Position numbers and translations under genes: made by a program
Notes under the pieces: model-generated
What the model saw: the letters and a program-made list of their open reading frames with translations, nothing else
Database searches by the model: none
Told to the model about the DNA's origin: nothing
Shown here: piece after piece, positions 18,018-27,787 of the stretch
Position numbering within the stretch: position 1 is the first letter of the stretch
Layout of the letters: each line of letters starts with the position of its first letter
Assembly: GCA_030037775.1 (NCBI GenBank)
Contig: JASHQB010000182.1
Coordinates: forward strand, 3,439 to 67,438
Direction of reading: 5' to 3'
DNA: 64,000 nucleotides
From: Candidatus Acidiferrales bacterium
GTDB taxonomy: Bacteria; Acidobacteriota; Terriglobia; Acidiferrales; UBA7541

Positions 18018-19280
18018 ATGACAAAGAGCTCTCCAGAGCCTTCGGCGCCGGTTGCGCAATCTCACGGGCTGATCGCAACGCCGACCATCATCTCGGCGAT
18101 GTTGAAGTCCGCCGCGCACATCAGCGACCTCATCTTTTCGCCCGGCAAGCTGCCGCAAGTACAAGCCAGCGGCCAGCTGATGGGCGTCAGGATTCCTGGC
18201 ATGGGTATGTTGAGTCCCGAGGATACGGCGCGCATTGCAGCCGATTTGATTGGCGGCAGCCAACTTGCTGTGGACAAGCTTCGACAAGAGGGCTCGTGCG
18301 ACATTTCTTACAGCCTGCCAAAACTCTCGCGCTTCCGTGTCAATATTTTCACCCAGCGCGGGACCTGCGCCATCGTCATGCGCGTGATTCCAAGCAAGAT
18401 TCCGGACTTTGCAGAACTGAGCCTCCCGTCCCAGTTGCAAGAACTCACGACGCTCCAGAGCGGACTCGTGCTGGTCACTGGCCCCGCCGGCACCGGGAAA
18501 TCCTCCACGCTTGCCGCGGTGCTCAACAAAATCAACGAGGACCAGGCCATTCACGTCATCACCATCGAAGATCCCATCGAGTTCATGCATCCGCACAAGA
18601 AAGCCACCATTCACCAGCGCGAACTTCACAGCGACACGCCCTCATTTGCGCTCGCTCTACGCTCCGCTTTGCGCCAGGCGCCCAAAGTCATCCTGGTCGG
18701 CGAAATGCGCGACCGGGAAACCATCGAAATCGCCATGGAAGCCGGCGAAACCGGCCACCTTGTCTTCTCCACTCTACACACGATTGACGCGTCCAAAACC
18801 ATCGAGCGCGTCGTCGGCGCGTTTCCCGTGAGTGAACAGTACGTCATTCGCATGCGCTTCGCGAAGACGTTTCGTTACGTCGTTTCGCAGCGCCTGATCC
18901 CGCGCAAAAATGGCGAAGGGCGCATCCCGGCGATTGAAATTTTGAAATCCACGATGCGCACGCGCGACTATATCGAGAAGGGCGAAGGGGAAGGTAAGAG
19001 TTTGATCGATGCGATGCGTGACGGTTCTACGGAAGGAATGCAGGATTTTGACAGCGAGCTCGAACGCCTGGTTCGTTCCGGCCAGATTACCTTGGATATG
19101 GGCATGGCCTTCGCGACGAATCCTGGCAACTTGCGCTTGCTGCTCGCCGACTTCGGCGAAGCAACCGCCGCCGCGCCGCCCGTGAGTCAGCCGCCCGCAG
19201 TTGAGGTGCCGTCCCCTGGCTCGGCCGCCGATTCCAGTCCAACTCCGACTCCGGAACTAGTAAAAACTCCTGCTGATTAG
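18018..19280 (+). CDS. pilT: type IV pilus retraction ATPase, PilT family
   Basis: Walker A GPAGTGKSS, Asp box ITIEDPIEF, Walker B VILVGEMRD, His box GHLVFSTLHT. About 50-aa Pro/Ala/Ser-rich C-terminal tail. Confidence 0.88.
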   Translation: MTKSSPEPSAPVAQSHGLIATPTIISAMLKSAAHISDLIFSPGKLPQVQASGQLMGVRIPGMGMLSPEDTARIAADLIGGSQLAVDKLRQEGSCDISYSLPKLSRFRVNIFTQRGTCAIVMRVIPSKIPDFAELSLPSQLQELTTLQSGLVLVTGPAGTGKSSTLAAVLNKINEDQAIHVITIEDPIEFMHPHKKATIHQRELHSDTPSFALALRSALRQAPKVILVGEMRDRETIEIAMEAGETGHLVFSTLHTIDASKTIERVVGAFPVSEQYVIRMRFAKTFRYVVSQRLIPRKNGEGRIPAIEILKSTMRTRDYIEKGEGEGKSLIDAMRDGSTEGMQDFDSELERLVRSGQITLDMGMAFATNPGNLRLLLADFGEATAAAPPVSQPPAVEVPSPGSAADSSPTPTPELVKTPAD

Positions 19281-19318
19281 CCTGAGCCTCGCTCAAACCG
19301 AATCTGTGGGAGCAACGC

Positions 19319-20626
19319 TTATTCAAGCTGCTTTCCTTTCGTCTCCGGCAATGCGAGGGTTAATAATGCCGCCAAAAGAAACGCCCCACCCAGCATGAAA
19401 AACGACCGCCCCAGGCCGATGCGGATTGCGAGCGCCCCGACCGCGAGCGGCGCAACGGCCGAGATTCCGCGTCCCACGTTGTAACTCAAGCCCATCGCCG
19501 TCGCGCGAATCTCCGTCGGGAAAAGTTCTGACGCGATTGCGCCGAAGCCTGAAAAGAATCCCGTACCAAAAAACGCGACCAGCGGCCCCAGTCCCAGCAG
19601 CCACAGCGGTGTGTGCACAATGCCGTAAATCGGCGTCAGAATCGCGGCCACCAACAAATAACTGAAGTAAGTCCGCCTCCGCCCAAATGCGTCTGCGGCG
19701 AACCCGAACAGCACGTATCCCAGCCATTGCCCCATGCCGATGATCACTAGCCACCCATAGGTCTTCGCGACGCTCAGTCCGCGCCCGCCTTGCGACACGG
19801 GCAACGAAAAATACGTCGGCATCCACGTGAAAAGCCCCCAGTATCCGATCATCGAAAACGTGTTCATAGCTGTGGCCACCAGCCCGTTCCAGCGAATGTC
19901 TTTGCGCCACAACTCGCGCAGTGGCACTCCTCGGGCTTTCGTTTCCGCGGAATTCTTCCGCCGCTTCCAGATTTCTGATTCCGGCACGCGCCACTGAATC
20001 CACAGCGCCACGAGCCCCGGCAACACGCCTACGAAAAACACGCCGCGCCATCCCCATTGCGGCAGAATTGCCCACGCCACCAGCGCCGCCAGCATTCCTC
20101 CGACGGCCCACGTGGACTGCATCAACCCTAGCGCCTTGCCTCGATGCATCGCTGGCCACGTTTCTGCGACCAGCGCCGCGCCGGCCGTCCATTCCCCGCC
20201 CATCCCCAATCCCAGAATCACGCGGAAAATCGCCAAGAAGGCCACGCTGCTTGCGAACCCGCACGCCGCTGTCGCCACGGAATAAATCAGGATCGAACTG
20301 GAAAGAGAACGCGTGCGTCCGATGCGGTCTGCCACAAAGCCGAAAGCCACGCCGCCTACCGCCGAAGCAATCAGCGTCAACGACGCAAGCAAACCACCCG
20401 TCTCCTTGCTGATGCCCAAGTCGCGGATCAAATACGCGAGCACCATGGAGTACAGTGCCACGTCGAACGAATCCAACATCCATCCCAGCCCGCCGGCGAG
20501 CAGGGAATTGCGCTCCGCGGAAGTCATCTGGCGGGGCCATTCCAGGCCAAGAATTCTTCGCGTGTTGCTCGCGGTAACAAGCTCTGTGGACAGGGATCCA
20601 CTCCGGTGTTTCGCTATTCGCGTCAA
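19319..20626 (-). CDS. MFS transporter
   Basis: 12-TM-like hydrophobic pattern and the MFS loop motif GFVADRIGRTRS. Start is uncertain: TTG 20626 or ATG 20527. Confidence 0.82.
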   Translation of the reverse strand: MTRIAKHRSGSLSTELVTASNTRRILGLEWPRQMTSAERNSLLAGGLGWMLDSFDVALYSMVLAYLIRDLGISKETGGLLASLTLIASAVGGVAFGFVADRIGRTRSLSSSILIYSVATAACGFASSVAFLAIFRVILGLGMGGEWTAGAALVAETWPAMHRGKALGLMQSTWAVGGMLAALVAWAILPQWGWRGVFFVGVLPGLVALWIQWRVPESEIWKRRKNSAETKARGVPLRELWRKDIRWNGLVATAMNTFSMIGYWGLFTWMPTYFSLPVSQGGRGLSVAKTYGWLVIIGMGQWLGYVLFGFAADAFGRRRTYFSYLLVAAILTPIYGIVHTPLWLLGLGPLVAFFGTGFFSGFGAIASELFPTEIRATAMGLSYNVGRGISAVAPLAVGALAIRIGLGRSFFMLGGAFLLAALLTLALPETKGKQLE

Positions 20627-20747
20627 AGCCTGCAGCGAAACTTCGCGCCGCGATTCTACTCGCGCCCTGCAGCGCGTTCCAATTTATCTTGCTGCTTGGA
20701 GGGCTGTCTGATAGGCTCCCCGCAATTCTGGCGCAAGGAGTTCTGCC

Positions 20748-21224
20748 ATGCCTCATTGTTCAAAGTGCGGAAATATCGTGGATGCGGGAGCCGCGTTTTG
20801 TCATAAATGCGGCGCTTCGCAAGGGGCGGCCGCAGTGTCGATTCCATCCGCACCGGTGCCGGCCACGCAAACCAGCCTGTCGGAAAACGTCGCGGGGCTG
20901 CTCTGTTACGCCGTAGGTTGGATCACCGGCCTGATCTTTTTGCTTATCGACAAGCGTCCCTTTGTCCGCTTCCATGCCGCACAGTCGCTCGTGACGTTCG
21001 GAGCGCTCAACATGATCAGCATTATTCTGGGCGTGGCTTTCCTTGGTGGGATTTGGGGAGGCGGTTACTCTTGGTCTATCTTCGGCTTTTGGGCGGCCGT
21101 CCGCGGCGTCGTCGACCTGGTTGCTTTCGTTGCCTGGATCGTCGGCATGATCAAGGCCTACCAGCATGAGCGCTTCCGTTTCCCGATTGTCGCCGACATC
21201 GCTGATCAAATCGCCGGCAAATAG
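20748..21224 (+). CDS. zinc-ribbon plus DUF4870-like membrane protein
   Basis: N-terminal CSKCGN...FCHKCG zinc ribbon. Then LLCYAVGWITGLIFLLIDKRPFVRFHAAQSL and further TM segments. aaggag SD. Confidence 0.8.
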   Translation: MPHCSKCGNIVDAGAAFCHKCGASQGAAAVSIPSAPVPATQTSLSENVAGLLCYAVGWITGLIFLLIDKRPFVRFHAAQSLVTFGALNMISIILGVAFLGGIWGGGYSWSIFGFWAAVRGVVDLVAFVAWIVGMIKAYQHERFRFPIVADIADQIAGK

Positions 21225-21230
21225 CCGCCG

Positions 21231-21890
21231 TTACTCAATGTGAATCTTCCGGAGGAGTGGATTCAGAAATTCTAGGGCGACCGTCGCTCCAATACCGTTC
21301 AGCAAATCGTAATTCCCGGTGCGAAATGCATCCTTTGGGCCGTATCGTCGGGGATACCACGCCAAACTCCCAAAAGAGCCCGCGTACGGCGATGCCACGG
21401 CCGGTATCGAAAACACGCGATGTCCATCGGTGCCTTTCCGTGCCGTGATACTTGCGATCAGGGCATATTTCATTCGCCGCCATACTCCTTTGCAGGGGCA
21501 GGAATAATACGTTGTGTCATCGCGAAGCGCCTCGGATAGCGCGAAGGTTGTTCCGCCATCGATAAAATCGACGCCAAGGTGCGACGCAAATCGTTCTCCG
21601 TACGCACCCCAGCCCTGTCCCCACTCAGGAGGCACATAGTCCGCCTGGCTCCAGGCCGCGCCCGACACGACTCTCACCATCCTTATCGCTCCGAACGTGT
21701 TATCGGTGTATGTTCGAAAGCGCTTGGCGAAGTTTGGTCGAACGTACCCAGGTAACTGCCCTCCCGGTATCTGCTTGGTGTTTTGTGTGCCCGGATTTGG
21801 CGGTTGCGCGGAGGCGCTGGATGCCAGTAACCCAACAGCCGCAACTACAATGAACGGCTGTAAAACCTGTCTAAGCTGACTCTTAATCAT
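21231..21890 (-). CDS. secreted hypothetical protein
   Basis: Start chosen at ATG 21890, giving MIKSQLRQVLQPFIVVAAVGLLASSASAQ (signal peptide). The longer track ORF adds a non-hydrophobic 35-aa extension. Confidence 0.6.
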   Translation of the reverse strand: MIKSQLRQVLQPFIVVAAVGLLASSASAQPPNPGTQNTKQIPGGQLPGYVRPNFAKRFRTYTDNTFGAIRMVRVVSGAAWSQADYVPPEWGQGWGAYGERFASHLGVDFIDGGTTFALSEALRDDTTYYSCPCKGVWRRMKYALIASITARKGTDGHRVFSIPAVASPYAGSFGSLAWYPRRYGPKDAFRTGNYDLLNGIGATVALEFLNPLLRKIHIE

Positions 21891-22142
21891 GCGAAATCTG
21901 GATAGCCTGCGATTACAGTTCCGCACTTTGGCTCCTTCCAGATAATCCTTCGAGTTGACGGTATTTTGATGCGCGACTCGAAAGAGCAGAGTCATTTCAC
22001 TTATGCCAAAAATGAGGAGGCTTCGTTGTCCCGCTCACTGTATGCTTCCGCCAGCATTTGACATCCCTTCGCGCGTCCGCTACGCTGGCTCGCTCTGCCG
22101 TCACTATCCAACCGACTACGATGGCACGGAATCGCTACAAAA

Positions 22143-23582
22143 ATGGCTGACCGCAAACTCCCAACCCGCGCCGAAGATTTCGCCGAGTGGTATAACCAAG
22201 TCGTTCTCCGCGCGGAGATGGCCGATTATGCGCCCGTTCGCGGCTGCATGATCGTCCGCCCTTACGGCTGGGCGCTTTGGGAGAATATCACCGCGGGGCT
22301 CGACCGCCGCTTCAAGGCCACCGGCCACATGAACGCCGCGTTCCCTCTGCTCATTCCTCGCAGCTTTATCGACAAGGAAAAGCATCACGTCGCGGGCTTT
22401 TCGCCCGAACTCGCCGTGGTGACCATCGGCGGCGGTGAAGAGCTCGAAGAGCCTCTGGTCATCCGTCCCACTTCAGAAACCATCATTGGCCACGCTTACG
22501 CTAAGTGGATCCAGTCCTACCGCGACCTGCCGGTGCTGATCAACCAGTGGAACAGCGTCGTCCGCTGGGAGCTGCGCACCAAGCTTTTCCTGCGAACTCT
22601 CGAGTTTTTCTGGCAGGAAGGGCACACCGCGCACGCCACTCTGGAGGAAGCCGAGGCCGAAACGCGCCAGATGCTCGATATTTACACCGATTTCGCGGTG
22701 CGCGATGCCGCCATCCCCGTCATTCCGGGACGAAAATCAGACTCAGAGAAATTCGCCGGCGCCGACATCACCTACTCCATCGAAGCTATGATGGGCGACG
22801 GCAAAGCCTTGCAATCCGGCACTTCTCATAACCTCGGCCAGAACTTCGCCAAGGCGTTTGATATCAAGTATCTCGACAAAGGCGGCGTCCACCAATTCTG
22901 CTGGACCACGTCCTGGGGCCTTTCTACACGCTTTGTTGGCGCCATCGTCATGGTCCATGGCGACGACCAGGGGCTGATCCTGCCGCCGCGGGTCGCGCCC
23001 TATCAAGTGGTCATCGTGCCGATTTTCAAGTCGGACGAAGAAAAGGCGGCCGTCTTTGACGCTGCGCGCAAGATCCGCAACGAACTCGTGGCCGTGGACA
23101 TCCGCGTCAAAATGGACGAGCGCGACGGCATGAGCCCTGGTTTTAAGTTCAACGACTGGGAGATGCGTGGCGTGCCGCTGCGTATCGAGTTGGGACCGAA
23201 AGACGTTGCTGGCGGCAGTGCCGTTCTCGCGCGCCGTGACCGCCCCGGCCGCGAAGGCAAAGCCTCCGTCGCGCAGCAGGGAATCGCATCCGTTGTCGCG
23301 AAACTGCTTTCCGAGATTCAGGGCGCCTTGTTTCAACGCGCCCTCGATTTTCGCAAATCCAATACCCTCGTACCCAAGGATTACAACGAGTTCAAACTCG
23401 CCGTCGAAAAGGGCTTCGCGCTCTCCCACTGGTGCGGGAGCGCCGACTGCGAAGCGAAAATCAAGGAAGAGACCAAAGCCACCATGCGCTGCATTCCTCT
23501 GGAACAAACCGCCGGCCCAGGCGAGTGCGTTTACTGTGGCCAAGCGGCCCCCGAGCAGGCCCTCTTCGCCAAGGCCTATTAG
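22143..23582 (+). CDS. proS: proline--tRNA ligase (archaeal/eukaryote-like type)
   Basis: 479 aa. N-terminus DFAEWYNQVVLRAEMADYAPVRGCMIVRPYGWALWE. Class II motifs. C-terminal Cys-rich domain that ends in Y. Confidence 0.95.
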   Translation: MADRKLPTRAEDFAEWYNQVVLRAEMADYAPVRGCMIVRPYGWALWENITAGLDRRFKATGHMNAAFPLLIPRSFIDKEKHHVAGFSPELAVVTIGGGEELEEPLVIRPTSETIIGHAYAKWIQSYRDLPVLINQWNSVVRWELRTKLFLRTLEFFWQEGHTAHATLEEAEAETRQMLDIYTDFAVRDAAIPVIPGRKSDSEKFAGADITYSIEAMMGDGKALQSGTSHNLGQNFAKAFDIKYLDKGGVHQFCWTTSWGLSTRFVGAIVMVHGDDQGLILPPRVAPYQVVIVPIFKSDEEKAAVFDAARKIRNELVAVDIRVKMDERDGMSPGFKFNDWEMRGVPLRIELGPKDVAGGSAVLARRDRPGREGKASVAQQGIASVVAKLLSEIQGALFQRALDFRKSNTLVPKDYNEFKLAVEKGFALSHWCGSADCEAKIKEETKATMRCIPLEQTAGPGECVYCGQAAPEQALFAKAY

Positions 23583-23758
23583 TTTCTGTGCATTCCGTCA
23601 TGTTCCGACCGGTTGTGGCAACGTGCTTGCATTCCTGTACTTCCGTTCAGGTTACCGGTCCGGAACGCTTCTTGAGTGCTCCCTCGACGCTGCCTAGACC
23701 CGGTGCTAGCCTTGCTTTTGGGCGCAACTCTGCGCCGGCGTCTTTTTGTGGGGAGGAT

Positions 23759-24136
23759 GTGGTGAACAGCGGGTGGTGCCACGGTGAAAGGGGGGGTAGC
23801 AGACTCAAGACTCTGTTTGTCTTGGTTATCGTTTTTGCGCTTGCCTTCTCTGCAGTCAAGATCGTGCCCATCTACGTGACTAACTACCAGTTGCAGGACT
23901 CCATGCAGGAAGAGGCCACCTATGCTTCTGTCAATCGCAAAACATCGGACCAGATCAAGACCGACCTGGAAAAGAAACTAACTGACCTAGGCATTTCCGT
24001 GGACCCCAGCACCATTCAGGTGACATCCTACTCTGGGAACGTCAAGATCTCTCTCGAGTACACGATTCCAGTCGACCTGACAGTTTATCAACTTCAATTG
24101 CATTTTCACCCCCAAGCAGACAACACTTCCCTCTAA
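23759..24136 (+). CDS. DUF4845-like small membrane-anchored protein
   Basis: In-frame GTG 23759 follows gggagga. One TM (LFVLVIVFALAFSAVKIVPIY), then a SDQIKTDLEKKL...ISLEYTIPVDL pattern. The upstream part of track ORF 23432 overlaps proS and is rejected. Confidence 0.55.
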   Translation: MVNSGWCHGERGGSRLKTLFVLVIVFALAFSAVKIVPIYVTNYQLQDSMQEEATYASVNRKTSDQIKTDLEKKLTDLGISVDPSTIQVTSYSGNVKISLEYTIPVDLTVYQLQLHFHPQADNTSL

Positions 24137-24153
24137 AATAGGAGTCGAAGGAA

Positions 24154-26856
24154 GTGAGGGCTCCGGGGCAGCTTTTCGGGGACCGTCGCGCGCACGGCTC
24201 TCGCGGCGCATCCCAGCCTCCGACTGCGCATCTCCGGAGAGGAGGATCGGAGGAAGGATTGCGCATACGCATTACCCGCGGATTCTGGTCATCTCGTTTC
24301 GGGTTGACCCTTCTAGGCCTGACCTTGTGCGCAATTCTGGCCGTCGCCGGGGTTTACACATACTACTGGGTTCATTTCAGCCATCTGATCGACCAACGCC
24401 TCACCGGCCAGGTCTTCGGTCACACCTCGCATATCTTTACCGCGCCGGAGAGAATCTTCGTAGGCGAGCAGTTTTCGCCTGGCAACTTGGCCGGCTATCT
24501 GATCAACAACGGCTATAGCGAAGCGGACGTGCCGGGTGCCGCGGGGCGCTTCGAGGCCACCAAGTCCTCCGTTCAGGTTTATCCTTCGGAGAGTTCCTAT
24601 TTCGATGGCCGCAATGCTATTCGCGTCGATTTCTCGCCCAGCAGCATCTCGAGCATTCACTTGCTTTCGGACAATTTGTCCGTCAGTTCTGCCCAAGTCG
24701 AGCCGCAGCTTCTCACCAACCTCTTCGACGATTCGCGCGAAAAGCGCCGCGTGGTCCGTTATGAGGATTTGCCGCCAACGCTTATTCACGCGGTCCTCGC
24801 CGCCGAAGACAAGCGCTTCTTCGAGCACGGCGGATTCGATCCTATTCGCGTGATGGGCGCCGCAATTGCCGATCTGCGCCGCAATAAAGCGCAGGGAACA
24901 GGAATGCTCGAAGGTGCCAGCACCATCGACATGCAAGTCGCACGTAGTTTTTTCTTTTCCACGCGGCGGGAGTGGCGCCGCAAGATCGCGGAAACCATGG
25001 TGGCGTTGGAGCTCGACCACCGCTTCAGCAAGGAGCGGATTTTCGAGCTCTACGCCAACGAGATTTACTTGGGCAATCGCGGCAGCTTTGCCATTCGCGG
25101 TTTCGGAGAAGCCGCCGAGGCTTACTTCGGCACGGATGTTCGCGATCTGGACCTTGCCCAGAGCGCCTTTCTCGCTGGAATCATTCGTTCTCCCAATCGC
25201 TATGCTTCGCCGGAGCGCCATCCGGATCGCGTCAATGACGCTCGCGACCGCGTTCTGCACCAGATGGTAGAGGACGGCTATATCATGGCTGCGCAAGAAC
25301 AGGCCGCGCGCACGGAGGACCTGAAATTTGTTGGCGGCGGCGCTTCCAGCCGCTCCGCGCCGTATTTTGTCGACATGGTGCGCGATTCGCTGCTCGATCA
25401 ATTCTCGCAGAACGATCTCACCACGCAGAGCTATCGCATTTACACTACACTCGATCCTGCGCTGCAGGCTGCGGCCGAAGAAGCTGTCACGGAGGGCATG
25501 CAGGTCGTCGACGATGGCCTGGCGCATCGCTATGCCGCGGAGAAACACCGCCATCTTCCTGTGGTAAAGCCGCAAGTCGCCTTGGTCGCGCTCGATCCGA
25601 AGACCGGCGCAATCCTCGCTCTTGTGGGCGGTCGCGACTACGGCGAAAGCCAGCTGGACCACGCTACGGCCCGTCGCCAGCCGGGCTCATCGTTCAAACC
25701 ATTTGTGTATGCCGCCGCATTCGATAATTCCGTCGCCGGCCTTCAGCCTGTCGTGACGCCGGAAACTACCGTGGAAGACGAGCCTACGACTTTCAGCTTC
25801 GATGGCAAGGACTACACCCCGGACAATGACGAAGGCCAGTTCTACGGAACTGTCTCTGCGCGCGATGCCCTCACCCATTCGCTTAACGTCGCCACCGTGA
25901 AATTCGCCGAAATGATCGGATATGATCGCGTGAAAGAAGTGGCTCGCGAGCTCGGCCTCGATCCTGATATTCAGGCGACGCCGGCGATGGCGCTGGGCAC
26001 TTACCTGATGACGCCGATTGAGGTGGCTGCCGGCTACACAGTTTTTGCCAACGGCGGCACTCGCACCGAGGCTCGTTTCCTGAATGAAGTCGTTAGTTCC
26101 GACGGGCAAGTCATAGATAGGCAGGTGCCTCAGTCTCATGCTGTGCTCGATCCGCGCGTCGCCTTCCTCGTTACCAGTGTGCTCGAAGATGTAATCAATC
26201 ACGGCACTGGATACACTGTGCGTGCTCGCGGCTTTGATGCTCCGGCTGCGGGCAAGACCGGCACATCAAAAGACGGCTGGTTCGCGGGCTACACGTCGAA
26301 CTTGCTTTGTGTTGTTTGGGTCGGCTATGACGATGATCGCGACCTCGATCTGACGGGTGCGGTTTCGGCAGCTCCCGTGTGGGCAGAGTTCATGAAGCGC
26401 GCCGAGGCGCTGCCCGCCTATCACGATATGGAACCTCTGCCTGAGCCGCAGGGACTAGTTCATGTGGTCATCTGCCCCGAGTCCGGCGATCTGGCCACTC
26501 CGTCTTGCCCAACCACGCGCGATGAAGTGTATATCGCCGGAACCGAACCGACCGTCTTTTGCCCCATCCATGGGAGCCAGAAGCTTTCTGATGTTCCCCC
26601 CGTGGGATGGTTGTCTCATCTTTTTGGGAAGCCTTCGAGTCCGCCTCCGCCATCCTCCACTGCGGCAGCGATTGCCCGCGAGAAGGGCCTTTCCAGCAGG
26701 CCTGCGGGGACGCCGCCACCGCAAGCCTCCTCGGCGCCACAACCTCCGCCGGCCGCTCCCGCCGAGCCCGAGAAGAAAAAGGGGATATTCAGCAGGATTT
26801 TTGGTATCTTTGGTAGTAGCAAGAAGCCACCAGCCAATCCGAAGCCGAACTCCTAG
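24154..26856 (+). CDS. mrcA: bifunctional penicillin-binding protein 1A (glycosyltransferase/transpeptidase)
   Basis: GT51 motif AAEDKRFFEHGGFD. Transpeptidase SxxK (GSSFKP), SxN (HSLN) and KTG (KTGTS). Pro-rich C-terminal tail. GTG start is uncertain. Confidence 0.9.
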   Translation: MRAPGQLFGDRRAHGSRGASQPPTAHLRRGGSEEGLRIRITRGFWSSRFGLTLLGLTLCAILAVAGVYTYYWVHFSHLIDQRLTGQVFGHTSHIFTAPERIFVGEQFSPGNLAGYLINNGYSEADVPGAAGRFEATKSSVQVYPSESSYFDGRNAIRVDFSPSSISSIHLLSDNLSVSSAQVEPQLLTNLFDDSREKRRVVRYEDLPPTLIHAVLAAEDKRFFEHGGFDPIRVMGAAIADLRRNKAQGTGMLEGASTIDMQVARSFFFSTRREWRRKIAETMVALELDHRFSKERIFELYANEIYLGNRGSFAIRGFGEAAEAYFGTDVRDLDLAQSAFLAGIIRSPNRYASPERHPDRVNDARDRVLHQMVEDGYIMAAQEQAARTEDLKFVGGGASSRSAPYFVDMVRDSLLDQFSQNDLTTQSYRIYTTLDPALQAAAEEAVTEGMQVVDDGLAHRYAAEKHRHLPVVKPQVALVALDPKTGAILALVGGRDYGESQLDHATARRQPGSSFKPFVYAAAFDNSVAGLQPVVTPETTVEDEPTTFSFDGKDYTPDNDEGQFYGTVSARDALTHSLNVATVKFAEMIGYDRVKEVARELGLDPDIQATPAMALGTYLMTPIEVAAGYTVFANGGTRTEARFLNEVVSSDGQVIDRQVPQSHAVLDPRVAFLVTSVLEDVINHGTGYTVRARGFDAPAAGKTGTSKDGWFAGYTSNLLCVVWVGYDDDRDLDLTGAVSAAPVWAEFMKRAEALPAYHDMEPLPEPQGLVHVVICPESGDLATPSCPTTRDEVYIAGTEPTVFCPIHGSQKLSDVPPVGWLSHLFGKPSSPPPPSSTAAAIAREKGLSSRPAGTPPPQASSAPQPPPAAPAEPEKKKGIFSRIFGIFGSSKKPPANPKPNS

Positions 26857-26883
26857 ACGGCGCGGGATTGGAGGAGGTCGACC

Positions 26884-27693
26884 ATGAAGTACTCGCTCAT
26901 GCCCGTCGCGTTTCTTTCGTTGATTTTTGCGGTTCCCTCGCACGCGCAACGTCTTAGTCCCGTCGCGCTGCGCCAAGTGACTGCCGCGCAGCCCGCCAGC
27001 CAGCCGGAGATGACGCCACGCCAGCTCGCGGAACTGCGCGCCGACATTTTTATGGCTCGCAAGATGTTTCCCGAAGCGATTCAATCTTACGAACATCTCG
27101 TCAAGGAAGAACCGCATAATGCCGTTCTGCTCAATAAGCTTGGAATAGCCTACGAGGGCATTCACAACGATGGCCCCGCAGAGCGTAATTTCAAAAAGGC
27201 CATCAAAGCAGATAGCACCTACGCGAGCGCCTACAACAATGTCGGCACAGTGGAATACGACCGTCACAAATACAGCCACGCCATCGAGTGGTACCAGAAG
27301 ACGCTGGCCTTGCGTCCCGATATGGCTGCTGTGTACTACAACTTGGGCTGTGCGTATTTCGACGCCAAGGAATATCCGGAAGCGATGGACGCTTTTCAGC
27401 ATGCCATCCAGCTCGATCCTCATGTTATGACCGCGAATGGCGGCGGCGGTTCCGTCGTCCAGCCCCGCGGCACTTCCAATCAGGGGCTTTTCTACTTCTA
27501 CGTCGCGCGAACCTATGCGCAGCTCGGCAACGCGGAGCGTTGTGCTCATTACCTGAAAATGGCGCGTGACATTGGCTATGACAAATTCGCGTCAGCCAAA
27601 ACCGATCCAGGGTTTGCTAAAGTGATTGCCGATCCACAGGTTCAGGCAGTATTCATTCCGGTGCCTGAACTCGCGAACTCGAAGCCGCACTAA
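26884..27693 (+). CDS. TPR repeat protein, secreted
   Basis: ggaggagg SD, signal peptide, repeated AxxYNNLG/AxxYYNLG TPR signatures. Confidence 0.8.
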   Translation: MKYSLMPVAFLSLIFAVPSHAQRLSPVALRQVTAAQPASQPEMTPRQLAELRADIFMARKMFPEAIQSYEHLVKEEPHNAVLLNKLGIAYEGIHNDGPAERNFKKAIKADSTYASAYNNVGTVEYDRHKYSHAIEWYQKTLALRPDMAAVYYNLGCAYFDAKEYPEAMDAFQHAIQLDPHVMTANGGGGSVVQPRGTSNQGLFYFYVARTYAQLGNAERCAHYLKMARDIGYDKFASAKTDPGFAKVIADPQVQAVFIPVPELANSKPH

Positions 27694-27787
27694 AAACGCC
27701 TCGCGCCGGATCGAACTGTCTGCGGCAGCCCATGGCGAGGCGCGCAATGCGCCATCTTTCCTCCGCGCCGCCTTGCTCCCTGTTATA

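Noticed and set aside
19323-20756. 477-aa alternative-frame minus ORF overlapping the MFS transporter
   Set aside because: The translation is Arg/Gly-rich with no TM pattern. The neighbouring frame gives a coherent 12-TM MFS protein.
23432-23758. N-terminal 109 codons of track ORF 23432..24136
   Set aside because: This part overlaps the last 150 nt of proS in another frame and then crosses the intergenic hairpin region. The downstream part alone looks like a real (DUF4845-like) gene starting at GTG 23759.
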